Assembly: GCA_036960845.1 (NCBI GenBank)
Contig: JBALWN010000010.1
Coordinates: forward strand, 10,799 to 74,798
Source of the DNA: Halopseudomonas aestusnigri
GTDB lineage: Bacteria; Pseudomonadota; Alphaproteobacteria; Kiloniellales; Kiloniellaceae
Reading direction: 5' to 3'
Length of the DNA stretch: 64,000 bases
Shown: piece after piece, positions 27,930 through 35,996 of the stretch
How the letters are laid out: the number at the start of each line of letters is the position of its first letter
Position numbering within the stretch: the first letter of the stretch is position 1
Notes under the pieces: generated by a model
Told to the model about the DNA's origin: nothing
What the model saw: the letters and a program-made list of their open reading frames with translations, nothing else
Databases searched by the model: none
Made by a program: the position numbers and the translations under genes

Positions 27930-28193
27930 ATGGCATTAAGACAAAGACTAATTGATCTCCTCCTCCTCATTACCTTCCCCCATGTCTGTATTTCGGTTTG
28001 GATCAGCGAACGAATCCCTCCAGCCCTGAGCGCGGTTATTGCCACGAGCTTTGCCTTACTGCTCGGGTATCTTATTTTCTTTGATAAACCGGACATCTAT
28101 TACCAGCTAAGTGAATTCTGGCTCCTGCTCCTCACCGCCTACCTCGCCCTCCCTGGACTGTTCTTCCTTGCTCGGGGATTTGATAAGGATTGA
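27930..28193 (+). CDS. small membrane protein (tentative)
   Basis: 87 aa with three hydrophobic stretches. Competes with an overlapping antisense ORF (27842-28096). Confidence 0.3.
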   Translation: MALRQRLIDLLLLITFPHVCISVWISERIPPALSAVIATSFALLLGYLIFFDKPDIYYQLSEFWLLLLTAYLALPGLFFLARGFDKD

Positions 28194-28259
28194 GATTAGG
28201 TATTAAGCCAATAAAAAAAGACCCCGGAGGGCCTTAATCTAAAGGGTATCTTTTACTAA

Positions 28260-28877
28260 CTACTCAACTAAAACCTTATCATTGATGGCATATAGTACAC
28301 ATTTATCATCAGAAGATTTAGCACGGCAAATTTCAAGAACCGTTAGCTTCAATTTATTATAAGGCGCAGATTCTTGAGAACGAGTTCTTGCTATTTCCCC
28401 ATTTTTACTTATTGCAAAAGCAAGATTAACGTCCGAGCTTTTGATGTTTACTAAATCAAGATATCTGTCGAATTCGACTTTTTGACCCGTAGATATTTCA
28501 AATTCATTTGGATTATAAAGATCTACCTTTAATTCTTTTTCAGGTTTCTCATTCTTATCCCACACAACTTCTCCACCAATGTCATAGATCTTACAAAACT
28601 TACCTTTTGCATATTTTTCACAAGATCGGATTGCTTTAGGCATTGAATCGTGGCTAGTCCCCCGACACTCAATATCGCCACAATAATAATACCCCCAGCT
28701 GGTACGTCCATCCTCGGTTACCGCAAATGATCGTGGGTTTGATTTAAGATATTGATCATAAGACTGTTGAATTCTAGGGCTTAAAGTAATTGGCCCCGAA
28801 CCTGTCATATCGGTAAATGTGGCATTATTACAACCAACTGTAAAAAGTGCCAAAATCAATACCATAAAATATTTCAC
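28260..28877 (-). CDS. lipoprotein with two Cys-containing modules
   Basis: MKYFMVLILALFTVGC lipobox. Two similar modules, each ending C-x(6-8)-C-x-(I/L)Y (SCEKYAKGKFCKIYD and ICRAKSSDDKCVLYA). Confidence 0.6.
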   Translation of the reverse strand: MKYFMVLILALFTVGCNNATFTDMTGSGPITLSPRIQQSYDQYLKSNPRSFAVTEDGRTSWGYYYCGDIECRGTSHDSMPKAIRSCEKYAKGKFCKIYDIGGEVVWDKNEKPEKELKVDLYNPNEFEISTGQKVEFDRYLDLVNIKSSDVNLAFAISKNGEIARTRSQESAPYNKLKLTVLEICRAKSSDDKCVLYAINDKVLVE

Positions 28878-29418
28878 AAATACTCTCCTAAAATAACAAC
28901 TATTGAATATTAAATTTTAAACAGACAAAGCCCGTGTATAGATTACGAGGCTTTTCCATCTCTCTAACACAACGTTTCACAACCCAAAAGAGAATAAGTT
29001 ACTCATATTTTCAAAAATTTAAGAAGATCTTCAGCACCTGATACTAAAACGAGATCTAGTGTTCCCCCTAAGCGTTCACCTGTTGGATAATTGGAAGGGA
29101 GCAGATTAATCCTCGGTAGGACTTTTCTACCTTTAAACGCCCCCAATAACCTTGTGAAGAAGGCCCTTTATACGCCTACATTACCAGCCATTGGGGCGAA
29201 AATATAATTCTGTGATTCCTAGCAAAGGCTTATTAATTCTATCGCTTTTGATATTTTTTAGTCAGCCTGTCTCTCCCACCCGGATTATTTTTCCTTGCCC
29301 ACTTGGGGAGCTATATCCCGCCATACCTGAAACCCCTTATGGTTGACTCTTCTCTATTCCACTCCCATTTTGAGAGTAGATAATCTCATAATAATCAAAA
29401 ATCGCTAGGATAAATGAA

Positions 29419-29811
29419 ATGTCAAAAACAGTAACTGGAGGATGTTTTTGCGGCGAAGTAAGGTACGAAGTTACGGGTGACCCAGTGCTACAACTCCTAT
29501 GTTTTTGCAAAGACTGCCTATCTATTACTGGTACAGATGGATATGCGGGCTATATGGTGAAAAATGCTGACTTTCGGGTAACGTCCGGTACCCCAAACGT
29601 GCATCAAAAAATCTCAAAAGAAGGACGAACCGTGCACAGAAATTTTTGTGGGGTTTGTGGTTCCAATCTTTGGGGAGAAACAGAGTTTGGCCTCACAAGT
29701 GTTGCCGCAGGAACATTAGATGATCCAAATTTGTTTCAACCAAGCAAGAAGGTTTTCACATCAAACACGCCTCATTGGGCCAGAATACCCGATTATCTGG
29801 ATGAAATGTGA
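29419..29811 (+). CDS. GFA/CENP-V-family (glutathione-dependent formaldehyde-activating-like) zinc protein
   Basis: Cys pattern GGCFCGEVRYEV...CFCKDC...FCGVCGSNLW is characteristic of the GFA domain. Confidence 0.8.
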   Translation: MSKTVTGGCFCGEVRYEVTGDPVLQLLCFCKDCLSITGTDGYAGYMVKNADFRVTSGTPNVHQKISKEGRTVHRNFCGVCGSNLWGETEFGLTSVAAGTLDDPNLFQPSKKVFTSNTPHWARIPDYLDEM

Positions 29812-30083
29812 TCGTACCTTGCTCGTAAATCATCGTTACACTTATCCTTCGAATTACGGATAAAGCAAAAGCGACTTAACTAAGTTTACAACGCAATGTA
29901 GCCCCTCACTCACAAACAGTGTCCTCAACATTGCCTTGGCAGGTAATCCGAATTACAGTCTCCAACCAATCCGAGATCTATCTTGGGTCAGGAATATTCG
30001 TGTGAAGATCCGTTGATGTTATTCGCCTGATCCTTGCATTCTCCTTAATAGCCACCTCCTATTATTCGGACTAATTTAAGAAA

Positions 30084-30890
30084 ATGAAGCCAACAAATAA
30101 GATAAAATATTTATACCTCATCTACGCTTTATTAGGTGCGGTTGTCGGTGTTTTTATCCTTTATCCCCTCATCATGGCACTGATGTGGTTCGAATTTGCG
30201 CCGAATAATCCGACGAGCCCCTCACTAAATGAATTTATGCGGGTCCGGTTTTTGTTAGGGTTCATACCAAAAATTCTTCATATGGAGCTGATCTTTGCCC
30301 TACTTGGCGGATCTATTGGCCTTGGTTTTGGTTTTTTCACTAGGACATTTCTTCGACAGCAAAATAGCCTTCGATACTTTATAGAGCAGCGAAAGCGTTC
30401 AATTCCCGAAATTATTCGCGGTGGAGAAAGTGATCTGGTTGAATTTAAATCTTCGATCAGATGGGACGTTAAAGAAGCTCGGCTAAACCGCGACCTTGAG
30501 AAGGTTATTGTAAAAACCATTGCTGGCTTTTTTAATTCCAGAGGTGGCGACTTGCTTATCGGTGTCGCTGATGATGGAACGATCCTTGGTTTGGAGGATG
30601 ATTACCAAACGCTGAAACACAAAAACACCGATGGGTTCGAACTTTACTTCAACGATATTATAAAAAACTCCCTTGGTGGCGATCTCTGCCCATTCTTACA
30701 TTTTGTTTTTGCAAAAATTGATAATCATGATGTTTGTATGATCACTGTCGAACCTTCATCGAGACCCGTTTATTTGGAAGAAAGCAAAGATTCTATCTTT
30801 TTCATACGAACCGGAAACTCAACCCGGAAACTCGATGTTAAAGAAGCTCTGAGCTATGCCCGTACCCGTTGGAAAAATGCCCCCAGATAG
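30084..30890 (+). CDS. membrane-anchored AlbA_2 (Schlafen-like) domain protein
   Basis: Two N-terminal TM helices (YLYLIYALLGAVVGVFILYPLIMAL; LIFALLGGSIGLGFGFF). These are followed by GESDLVEFKSSIRWD...KTIAGFFNSRGGDLLIGVADDGTILG, the AlbA_2 signature. Confidence 0.65.
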   Translation: MKPTNKIKYLYLIYALLGAVVGVFILYPLIMALMWFEFAPNNPTSPSLNEFMRVRFLLGFIPKILHMELIFALLGGSIGLGFGFFTRTFLRQQNSLRYFIEQRKRSIPEIIRGGESDLVEFKSSIRWDVKEARLNRDLEKVIVKTIAGFFNSRGGDLLIGVADDGTILGLEDDYQTLKHKNTDGFELYFNDIIKNSLGGDLCPFLHFVFAKIDNHDVCMITVEPSSRPVYLEESKDSIFFIRTGNSTRKLDVKEALSYARTRWKNAPR

Positions 30891-30940
30891 GGAGTAGATA
30901 ATCTTCGCCCTCCTCCTTCTTTGTTTTGGAATTTCATTAC

Positions 30941-31522
30941 ATGAGATTAATTCTACTGTTATCACTCTTGGTTCTTTCAGCATGCAAAACTACTCCCGAA
31001 AACGCCAAACTCTATAAAACAGAACAGCTTGCTTGTGATGTTGGAATTTTTGCTTCGTGCACAAGCCTGGGCAATAGGTACAGACTAGATAGAAACACAG
31101 CCAGCCTTGGAGAAAATGAAGCTTTTGAATTATACGAACGCGCCTGTGATGGCGGGGATAGTAACGGATGTGCTAATTTAAGTTCTATGTATAAACAAGG
31201 AAGAGGCACCCAGAAAGACTATAAAAAAGCTTTTCATTTTGCCCAAATATCTTGTGAGAAAGGCTCGGCTCAAGGTTGTTCGAACCTTGGAGTATTTTAT
31301 ACAGAGGGCAAAAGCATCCAGCGTGATTTCGTTAAGGAAAATCAACTATTTGACCGAGCATGTATTCGTGGTGCGGCAACGGCTTGTTACAACATAGGCA
31401 ATTCCTATAACCGTTCCGGAAATTTAAAAAGTAACAATACACCCGCGATTTCTTATTCTAAAAAAGCTTGCCGATTAGGGCTCACAAAAGCATGTAGTCG
31501 TCTTTCTGCTGCCGGGCTTTAA
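30941..31522 (+). CDS. Sel1-repeat (Hcp-like, Cys-rich) lipoprotein
   Basis: MRLILLLSLLVLSAC lipobox. Repeated C-x-x-G-x-x-x-GC-x-N-L-(G/S)-x-x-Y units (CDGGDSNGCANLSSMY, CEKGSAQGCSNLGVFY). Confidence 0.75.
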   Translation: MRLILLLSLLVLSACKTTPENAKLYKTEQLACDVGIFASCTSLGNRYRLDRNTASLGENEAFELYERACDGGDSNGCANLSSMYKQGRGTQKDYKKAFHFAQISCEKGSAQGCSNLGVFYTEGKSIQRDFVKENQLFDRACIRGAATACYNIGNSYNRSGNLKSNNTPAISYSKKACRLGLTKACSRLSAAGL

Positions 31523-31527
31523 TCCCC

Positions 31528-31920
31528 ATGCCCCATAAATCCCTCCCCATAGCGTACCTACTCTGGCTGTTCACTGGTGTGTTCGGTGGGCATCGGTGGT
31601 ATTTGGGGAAACGCTGGAGTGCTGCAACCATACTCATCTCAAGTTTGTTCTTCTTTTTTTGGCTTAGAATTTTTGCATTCAAAGTCTTCCCCGATAATAT
31701 TCAGGGTTTGCAAGATATGTACAGCTATATGCTGCTTAATCCCTTACAAAATATACGTTTCTCATTTAGGTATTTCAGTAATAATGTGCTCCATATTCTC
31801 TTAAATTTTACTTTCTGGTTTAATTCTTTACTTCTGCTCTTCGATCTCTTCTGGATCTATTTCGCAGTCAGAAAACAGAGCAAGGCCCTCACTCAACAGC
31901 AGGTTGAGGCGTTCGATTAG
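31528..31920 (+). CDS. TM2-domain membrane protein
   Basis: IAYLLWLFTGVFGGHRWYLGKRWSA matches the TM2 domain core. Further hydrophobic segments follow. Confidence 0.65.
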   Translation: MPHKSLPIAYLLWLFTGVFGGHRWYLGKRWSAATILISSLFFFFWLRIFAFKVFPDNIQGLQDMYSYMLLNPLQNIRFSFRYFSNNVLHILLNFTFWFNSLLLLFDLFWIYFAVRKQSKALTQQQVEAFD

Positions 31921-32145
31921 CCCCCATATTCAGCTTGAATCTTCTTGTAGTACTCAACCATCCCATCAGTAACATCGTGCACGTAACAAAGCGGCTCAGC
32001 TCCACCTGGCTTCGAATAAGCACTAGGGTTTACCGCACTTGTTACCGTTAGAAGCACTGTTATATGGGCAAGCACAATTACCGGGATAAGTGATCTGAGA
32101 AAGCTCTATGAGATTTTGTACATTTCTACCCCCTGTTGACTTAAA
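31917..32145 (-). pseudogene. decayed small Cys-rich ORF (frameshifted, no start codon)
   Basis: Two minus-strand frames read ...ITYPGNCACPYNSASNGNKCGKP* and ...NPSAYSKPGGAEPLCYVHDVTDGMVEYYKKIQAEYGG*. They join if 1 nt is restored near 32023-32030. Confidence 0.3.
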
Positions 32146-32186
32146 TTATAACTAAGCGCAGAGTTTTACAATCAGAGGGAGGGGAA

Positions 32187-33110
32187 ATGCTCGTCTCAGA
32201 GTTAAAAGAACTTTTAAATATTGAATTTAGTATAGCTTTTGCGATATCAGCAGGGGTTTTTGGGCTCGTAACCTTTATAGGTAGCTTTCTTTCTAAAAGT
32301 AAAAAAGAAAGCTTATCTTTATGGCTTTTAGGATCTGTAGATAATGAGTGGATCGATAGCTTTTTAAAGATCTTTGACAATCTTTTTGGAAAAAAGTTCC
32401 TTTCAAAAAAATTTCTTCTCAGATCACTCCTATTTACTGTCATTAGTACAATACTACTCTATGTAGGGCTTAATTTATCATTCACAATATACTTTTTTAA
32501 CTTTGATACTGCTATCTTAATAAACCTAGAATTTATACTATCATACTCGATCGCCACTATAGTTATTGTAATAGTCAATGCACCCTCAGATTTCTTATCC
32601 TTGGTTCAAACACGATATTTTTTAGGTCTTTATGCTTTTACAGATAGCATTGTATTGAAAATTACAATCTTACTATTTGATAGTATAACCTCAGTATTTA
32701 TTTCGATAATCACAGGAATCATGCTTATTTTACCTTTTGGTTTTGGTTTAGATTTCGACTTTCTCGAACTGATGACCGTCATTGAAAAATTTGTAGAATC
32801 TTCAATTAAGAGTGTTGAGACTAAGGATATAAATAGTGCCTATGAAATTCATGATTCCCCAGGAATCATAATGATATTCGCGTATATGAGTACAATTTGG
32901 ATTGCCTCTGCCATTACGAATCTTTTTACAACATTTTGGTCCTGGTATTATGTTCTGTCGCTAATCACCATAAGGACGGCTAATAATAGTTTTTTAAGAC
33001 CCTGGCTTGCAATAGAAACTAAACCGACGAAAATTCTCGCGTTACTCTTATCCATTGAATCTTTTATTATAATATACTTCTGCCAGAAACTGATTAGCAC
33101 ATTCTTCTAA
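32187..33110 (+). CDS. polytopic membrane protein, unknown function (very AT-rich)
   Basis: 307 aa with at least seven hydrophobic helices. GAGGGAGGGG SD precedes the ATG. Its stop overlaps the terL stop. Confidence 0.6.
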   Translation: MLVSELKELLNIEFSIAFAISAGVFGLVTFIGSFLSKSKKESLSLWLLGSVDNEWIDSFLKIFDNLFGKKFLSKKFLLRSLLFTVISTILLYVGLNLSFTIYFFNFDTAILINLEFILSYSIATIVIVIVNAPSDFLSLVQTRYFLGLYAFTDSIVLKITILLFDSITSVFISIITGIMLILPFGFGLDFDFLELMTVIEKFVESSIKSVETKDINSAYEIHDSPGIIMIFAYMSTIWIASAITNLFTTFWSWYYVLSLITIRTANNSFLRPWLAIETKPTKILALLLSIESFIIIYFCQKLISTFF

Positions 33111-34570
33111 CCCCCCGGCTCATAATCTGAAATAGCGGTTTCCATATCTCCAAAGTCATCCTCTGACCACTTCACGATATCTTCCGCGAAAGTAAGCGCC
33201 AGAGCATCCGCCACGTCAGGTGAATGTAGCCCGCGCTTCTTCATGTCCTCTTTCTTCTCAAGCTGTAACCTGTTCTTTGCATCGAAACCGTATTCAATAG
33301 CTGTGAGATCGGTTTCAAGTTCCTGATCGTCTGTTGGTATATCGCCACCTTTGAGCCATTCACGCATTTTGCCCCACATTTCAGCACGCTTATTGAGATA
33401 GGTTTTATGGTCCTGCGCCCGTGATCCGGCGTTTACGTCAATCACGTCATGACCGAGTTGTTGCAGCCTATCCACAACACCGCCACCGACGCCTACACCA
33501 TCAACGAGAACGCCGTCGGGTCTATATTGCCTTAAGGCCTCAACAACAAAACCAACCAGTGCCATGGTATCCACCCGATATTTATTTATTTCCAAGATCT
33601 TACGACCTTGGCGAATAAGAATAACCGACTGATCATCACCGAACCTTGCGACATCAACCCCAATGACAATGGGTTGTTTAGATTGTGGAGGAAGTTCCCG
33701 GCTTTGAGCTTCGCCAACGATCTCATTTGATATAAACTGAGTAGAGCCAGCGCGTGGAAAAACACCGCGGACCCTGACCCGAACAAAATCGCTGTCTTCA
33801 CCATAGTCTTCGACCCACTGCGCCATTAATTTGGCGTTGGTGCCTTCGACCTCACGACTATCGATCTGTTGGACCTGCCAGCGGTGGCGGAGACGGTTAA
33901 AACACTCGAAAAAACGTCCCGAATTTCGCGTTGGGTTACCAAAGACAAAACGCATCGGCTCCCCATCTGTCAGCCCGCCATCACTGACCTCCCAAACTTT
34001 ATCCGGCACAGCAGAAGCCTCATCAAAGAGATAAAACGGGGTCGAATTAGCAGCGTGCAAACCAGCAAAGCTCTCTGAGTTTTCCTCACGGCAAGTCTGG
34101 GCATCACAGCGCCAACTCTCAGCGTTTTGTTTATGGACCAAAGACATGTTTCCCTTACTTGCACTATAAGAAAACCAGTGTCCGGTCAGGCACCGTTTAT
34201 GCCACTTACCCAATTCAGCCCACGTTTTGGTTCGCAGCTGATCCCCGGTATTGGATGTCACCACGCCCTTGGCAAAGGGTCGCGTCGACATGATAAAGAG
34301 GATCAACCAGGCCGACATGGCAGATTTACCAATTCCATGCCCGGATGCTGTTGCCACATCCATCGGTGCCACCGGATGAACCCCGTCAAAATCACGAGCT
34401 TTGATCAGCTCGCCAAGGCTTATTAGGTATTCTCGTTGCCAATCACGGGGGCCCAGAAAATCTTTGAGATCTCCATGGCCCCAATCAAAAGCCCAAGATA
34501 CAAACCCCAGAGGGTCTGCATAAAATTGAGAACAATCCCCGGCAATATCCAAATCTACGGCATGGGTCAT
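33107..34570 (-). CDS. terL: terminase large subunit
   Basis: Walker A-like ASGHGIGKSAMSAWLILF, and YLFDEAS as a Walker B-like segment. The C-terminal nuclease-like half has IVIGVDVARFGDDQSV. Confidence 0.85.
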   Translation of the reverse strand: MTHAVDLDIAGDCSQFYADPLGFVSWAFDWGHGDLKDFLGPRDWQREYLISLGELIKARDFDGVHPVAPMDVATASGHGIGKSAMSAWLILFIMSTRPFAKGVVTSNTGDQLRTKTWAELGKWHKRCLTGHWFSYSASKGNMSLVHKQNAESWRCDAQTCREENSESFAGLHAANSTPFYLFDEASAVPDKVWEVSDGGLTDGEPMRFVFGNPTRNSGRFFECFNRLRHRWQVQQIDSREVEGTNAKLMAQWVEDYGEDSDFVRVRVRGVFPRAGSTQFISNEIVGEAQSRELPPQSKQPIVIGVDVARFGDDQSVILIRQGRKILEINKYRVDTMALVGFVVEALRQYRPDGVLVDGVGVGGGVVDRLQQLGHDVIDVNAGSRAQDHKTYLNKRAEMWGKMREWLKGGDIPTDDQELETDLTAIEYGFDAKNRLQLEKKEDMKKRGLHSPDVADALALTFAEDIVKWSEDDFGDMETAISDYEPGG

Positions 34571-34634
34571 TTAACGCCTCAAATTAGCTCATAAAATAAT
34601 AAATTGTAAAAAGGAGGAGGTATTGAGTATGGGT

Positions 34635-35084
34635 TTACTGGTTGTCTCGACGTTTGCGCCCTCTCGACAGACGTTCAATCAGTTCACTCTCGATGCCCAT
34701 TTCAACTTTTTCTTTAAAGGCCTGAACAGCCACGTGTTTACCAATAAGCTCAAGCGCCTTACCTGCACCACTGTGTTGGAATTTATATTCCCCTTCGGCA
34801 TCAGCTACAGAGCTTCGTTGCATGCATCTTTCGAAAAGTTCTACGGCTCCCTTCAAGACATAATCAGCATCAATTTTCAAACGCTCCGAACGATCGAACT
34901 GCGCCTGCTTTATCGCTTTTTGGACCGCGGGTTTATGAAACACGCGATTAGCTGTTTGTTTGGTAGAGTTCGGGCTATATCCCGCTCGGCGCGCTGCCTG
35001 TGTTGCATTGAGATCAATAAGATATTCCTCGACAAAACGCTGTTGCATACCCGTGAGGTCACTCTTTTGCTTTAAACCACCCAT
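34635..35084 (-). CDS. terS: terminase small subunit
   Basis: QQRFVEEYLIDLNATQAARRAGYSPNSTKQTANRVFHKPAVQKAI is a Terminase_2-type HTH. Lies directly upstream of terL. Confidence 0.8.
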   Translation of the reverse strand: MGGLKQKSDLTGMQQRFVEEYLIDLNATQAARRAGYSPNSTKQTANRVFHKPAVQKAIKQAQFDRSERLKIDADYVLKGAVELFERCMQRSSVADAEGEYKFQHSGAGKALELIGKHVAVQAFKEKVEMGIESELIERLSRGRKRRDNQ

Positions 35085-35222
35085 TTAACACCCGATATGA
35101 CCTGCCAATTTTTGTAAGGGAGTTACTCAAACGAATGAGAAACCCCCTACACATTGTAAATCCGGTGAGGAGTTTGCTCAATTCATCATAAACCTAGGGC
35201 CAGGGCCTTGGAGGTATATATA

Positions 35223-35996
35223 TTAGTGTTGCTCTTTATTTAAAACGCGAGGAGCTTGTCTTTTCCTTTTCGCTTTTGTTTTCATCGTTATTTTTGCTTT
35301 CCTTAACCGTTTGCGGCGCTTGGAAAGAGGATCATCACGGACAAAAAGAAGAACGATTGCACCAATAAAAAATACAAAAAGAACGATAGAAAGTTGCAGC
35401 CAATAATAATAATTTATCCTTTCACTACGTTCATTTATGTCTTTGTCGAGTAACAGCAGCTCAACTTGCATAATTTCCTTCGCAAATACGTTGAATGAAA
35501 TCAGGCTGGAAACCAATTCAGATAAGAGAATAATCGATGGTCTATCCCCTTTGTGTTTCGCTTTGTCTAACAATGGAAAGATACCTGCCGAACTTGGTAT
35601 CTTAGAATGATCAGGAAAGACTTGATCAATTTTTTCGACGGCACTTATAAATCCTTTTTGGGAAGAGTCCCAAAACAGAAATATCGTATTACGCCGCTCT
35701 TTGATGCCTTCAGTTAATAACAGTTGATAACGATGCGACCTCAATTCAGACACTCCATCATCAAAATCCTTCCAAGCTTGGATCCAGGCATCTTTTTGCA
35801 AGGGTTGTCCACGTTCCCCCCGAAGGAGCGATTTAGTCAATCTAGACAAGTTTCGATACTGTTCGCTGACGCTTTTTATCGTATCGTTTATGTATGCCAG
35901 TTCATTTTGAACGACGACATAGCTTGAAACTTCAAGCCCAATAGAAAAGGCGACTGCAACAATAAAGGCCTTATTATAACGGCGCATAAGACTCAT
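35223..35996 (-). CDS. two-TM sensor-module-like membrane protein lacking any output domain
   Basis: TM1 (AFIVAVAFSIGLEVSSYVVV), a ~190-aa extracytoplasmic part, TM2 (LQLSIVLFVFFIGAIVLLFV), then only a Lys/Arg-rich tail. The TAATG overlap with the upstream binding-protein gene places the start at 35996. Confidence 0.5.
   Translation of the reverse strand: MSLMRRYNKAFIVAVAFSIGLEVSSYVVVQNELAYINDTIKSVSEQYRNLSRLTKSLLRGERGQPLQKDAWIQAWKDFDDGVSELRSHRYQLLLTEGIKERRNTIFLFWDSSQKGFISAVEKIDQVFPDHSKIPSSAGIFPLLDKAKHKGDRPSIILLSELVSSLISFNVFAKEIMQVELLLLDKDINERSERINYYYWLQLSIVLFVFFIGAIVLLFVRDDPLSKRRKRLRKAKITMKTKAKRKRQAPRVLNKEQH

Larger units (their letters stand above)
25227..33106. other. mixed-strand cargo (moron) island inserted between terL and the portal-side genes
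   Basis: About ten non-virion genes on both strands, with long non-coding gaps and decayed ORF fragments. Flanked by co-directional phage genes on both sides. Confidence 0.65.
2924..35084 (-). mobile_element. prophage-like podovirus virion/packaging/lysis cluster (BPP-1/epsilon15-like order); no integrase or early genes seen
   Basis: terS, terL, portal, scaffold, MCP, cement-like protein, tail tubular A/B, ejection proteins, fibres and lysis genes are all co-directional on the minus strand. Many junctions have ATGA/TGATG overlaps. Confidence 0.8.

Noticed and set aside
35084-35093. The 10-mer TTTAACACCC next to the terS start also occurs at 43-52, exactly at the breakpoint of the tRNA-Ser fragment. 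This raised the question of attL/attR core repeats.
   Set aside because: The match is only 10 nt and does not extend on either side. The geometry is also wrong: the missing 3' half of the tRNA would lie to the left of position 48, outside the phage cluster. A chance match cannot be excluded without a whole-genome repeat search.
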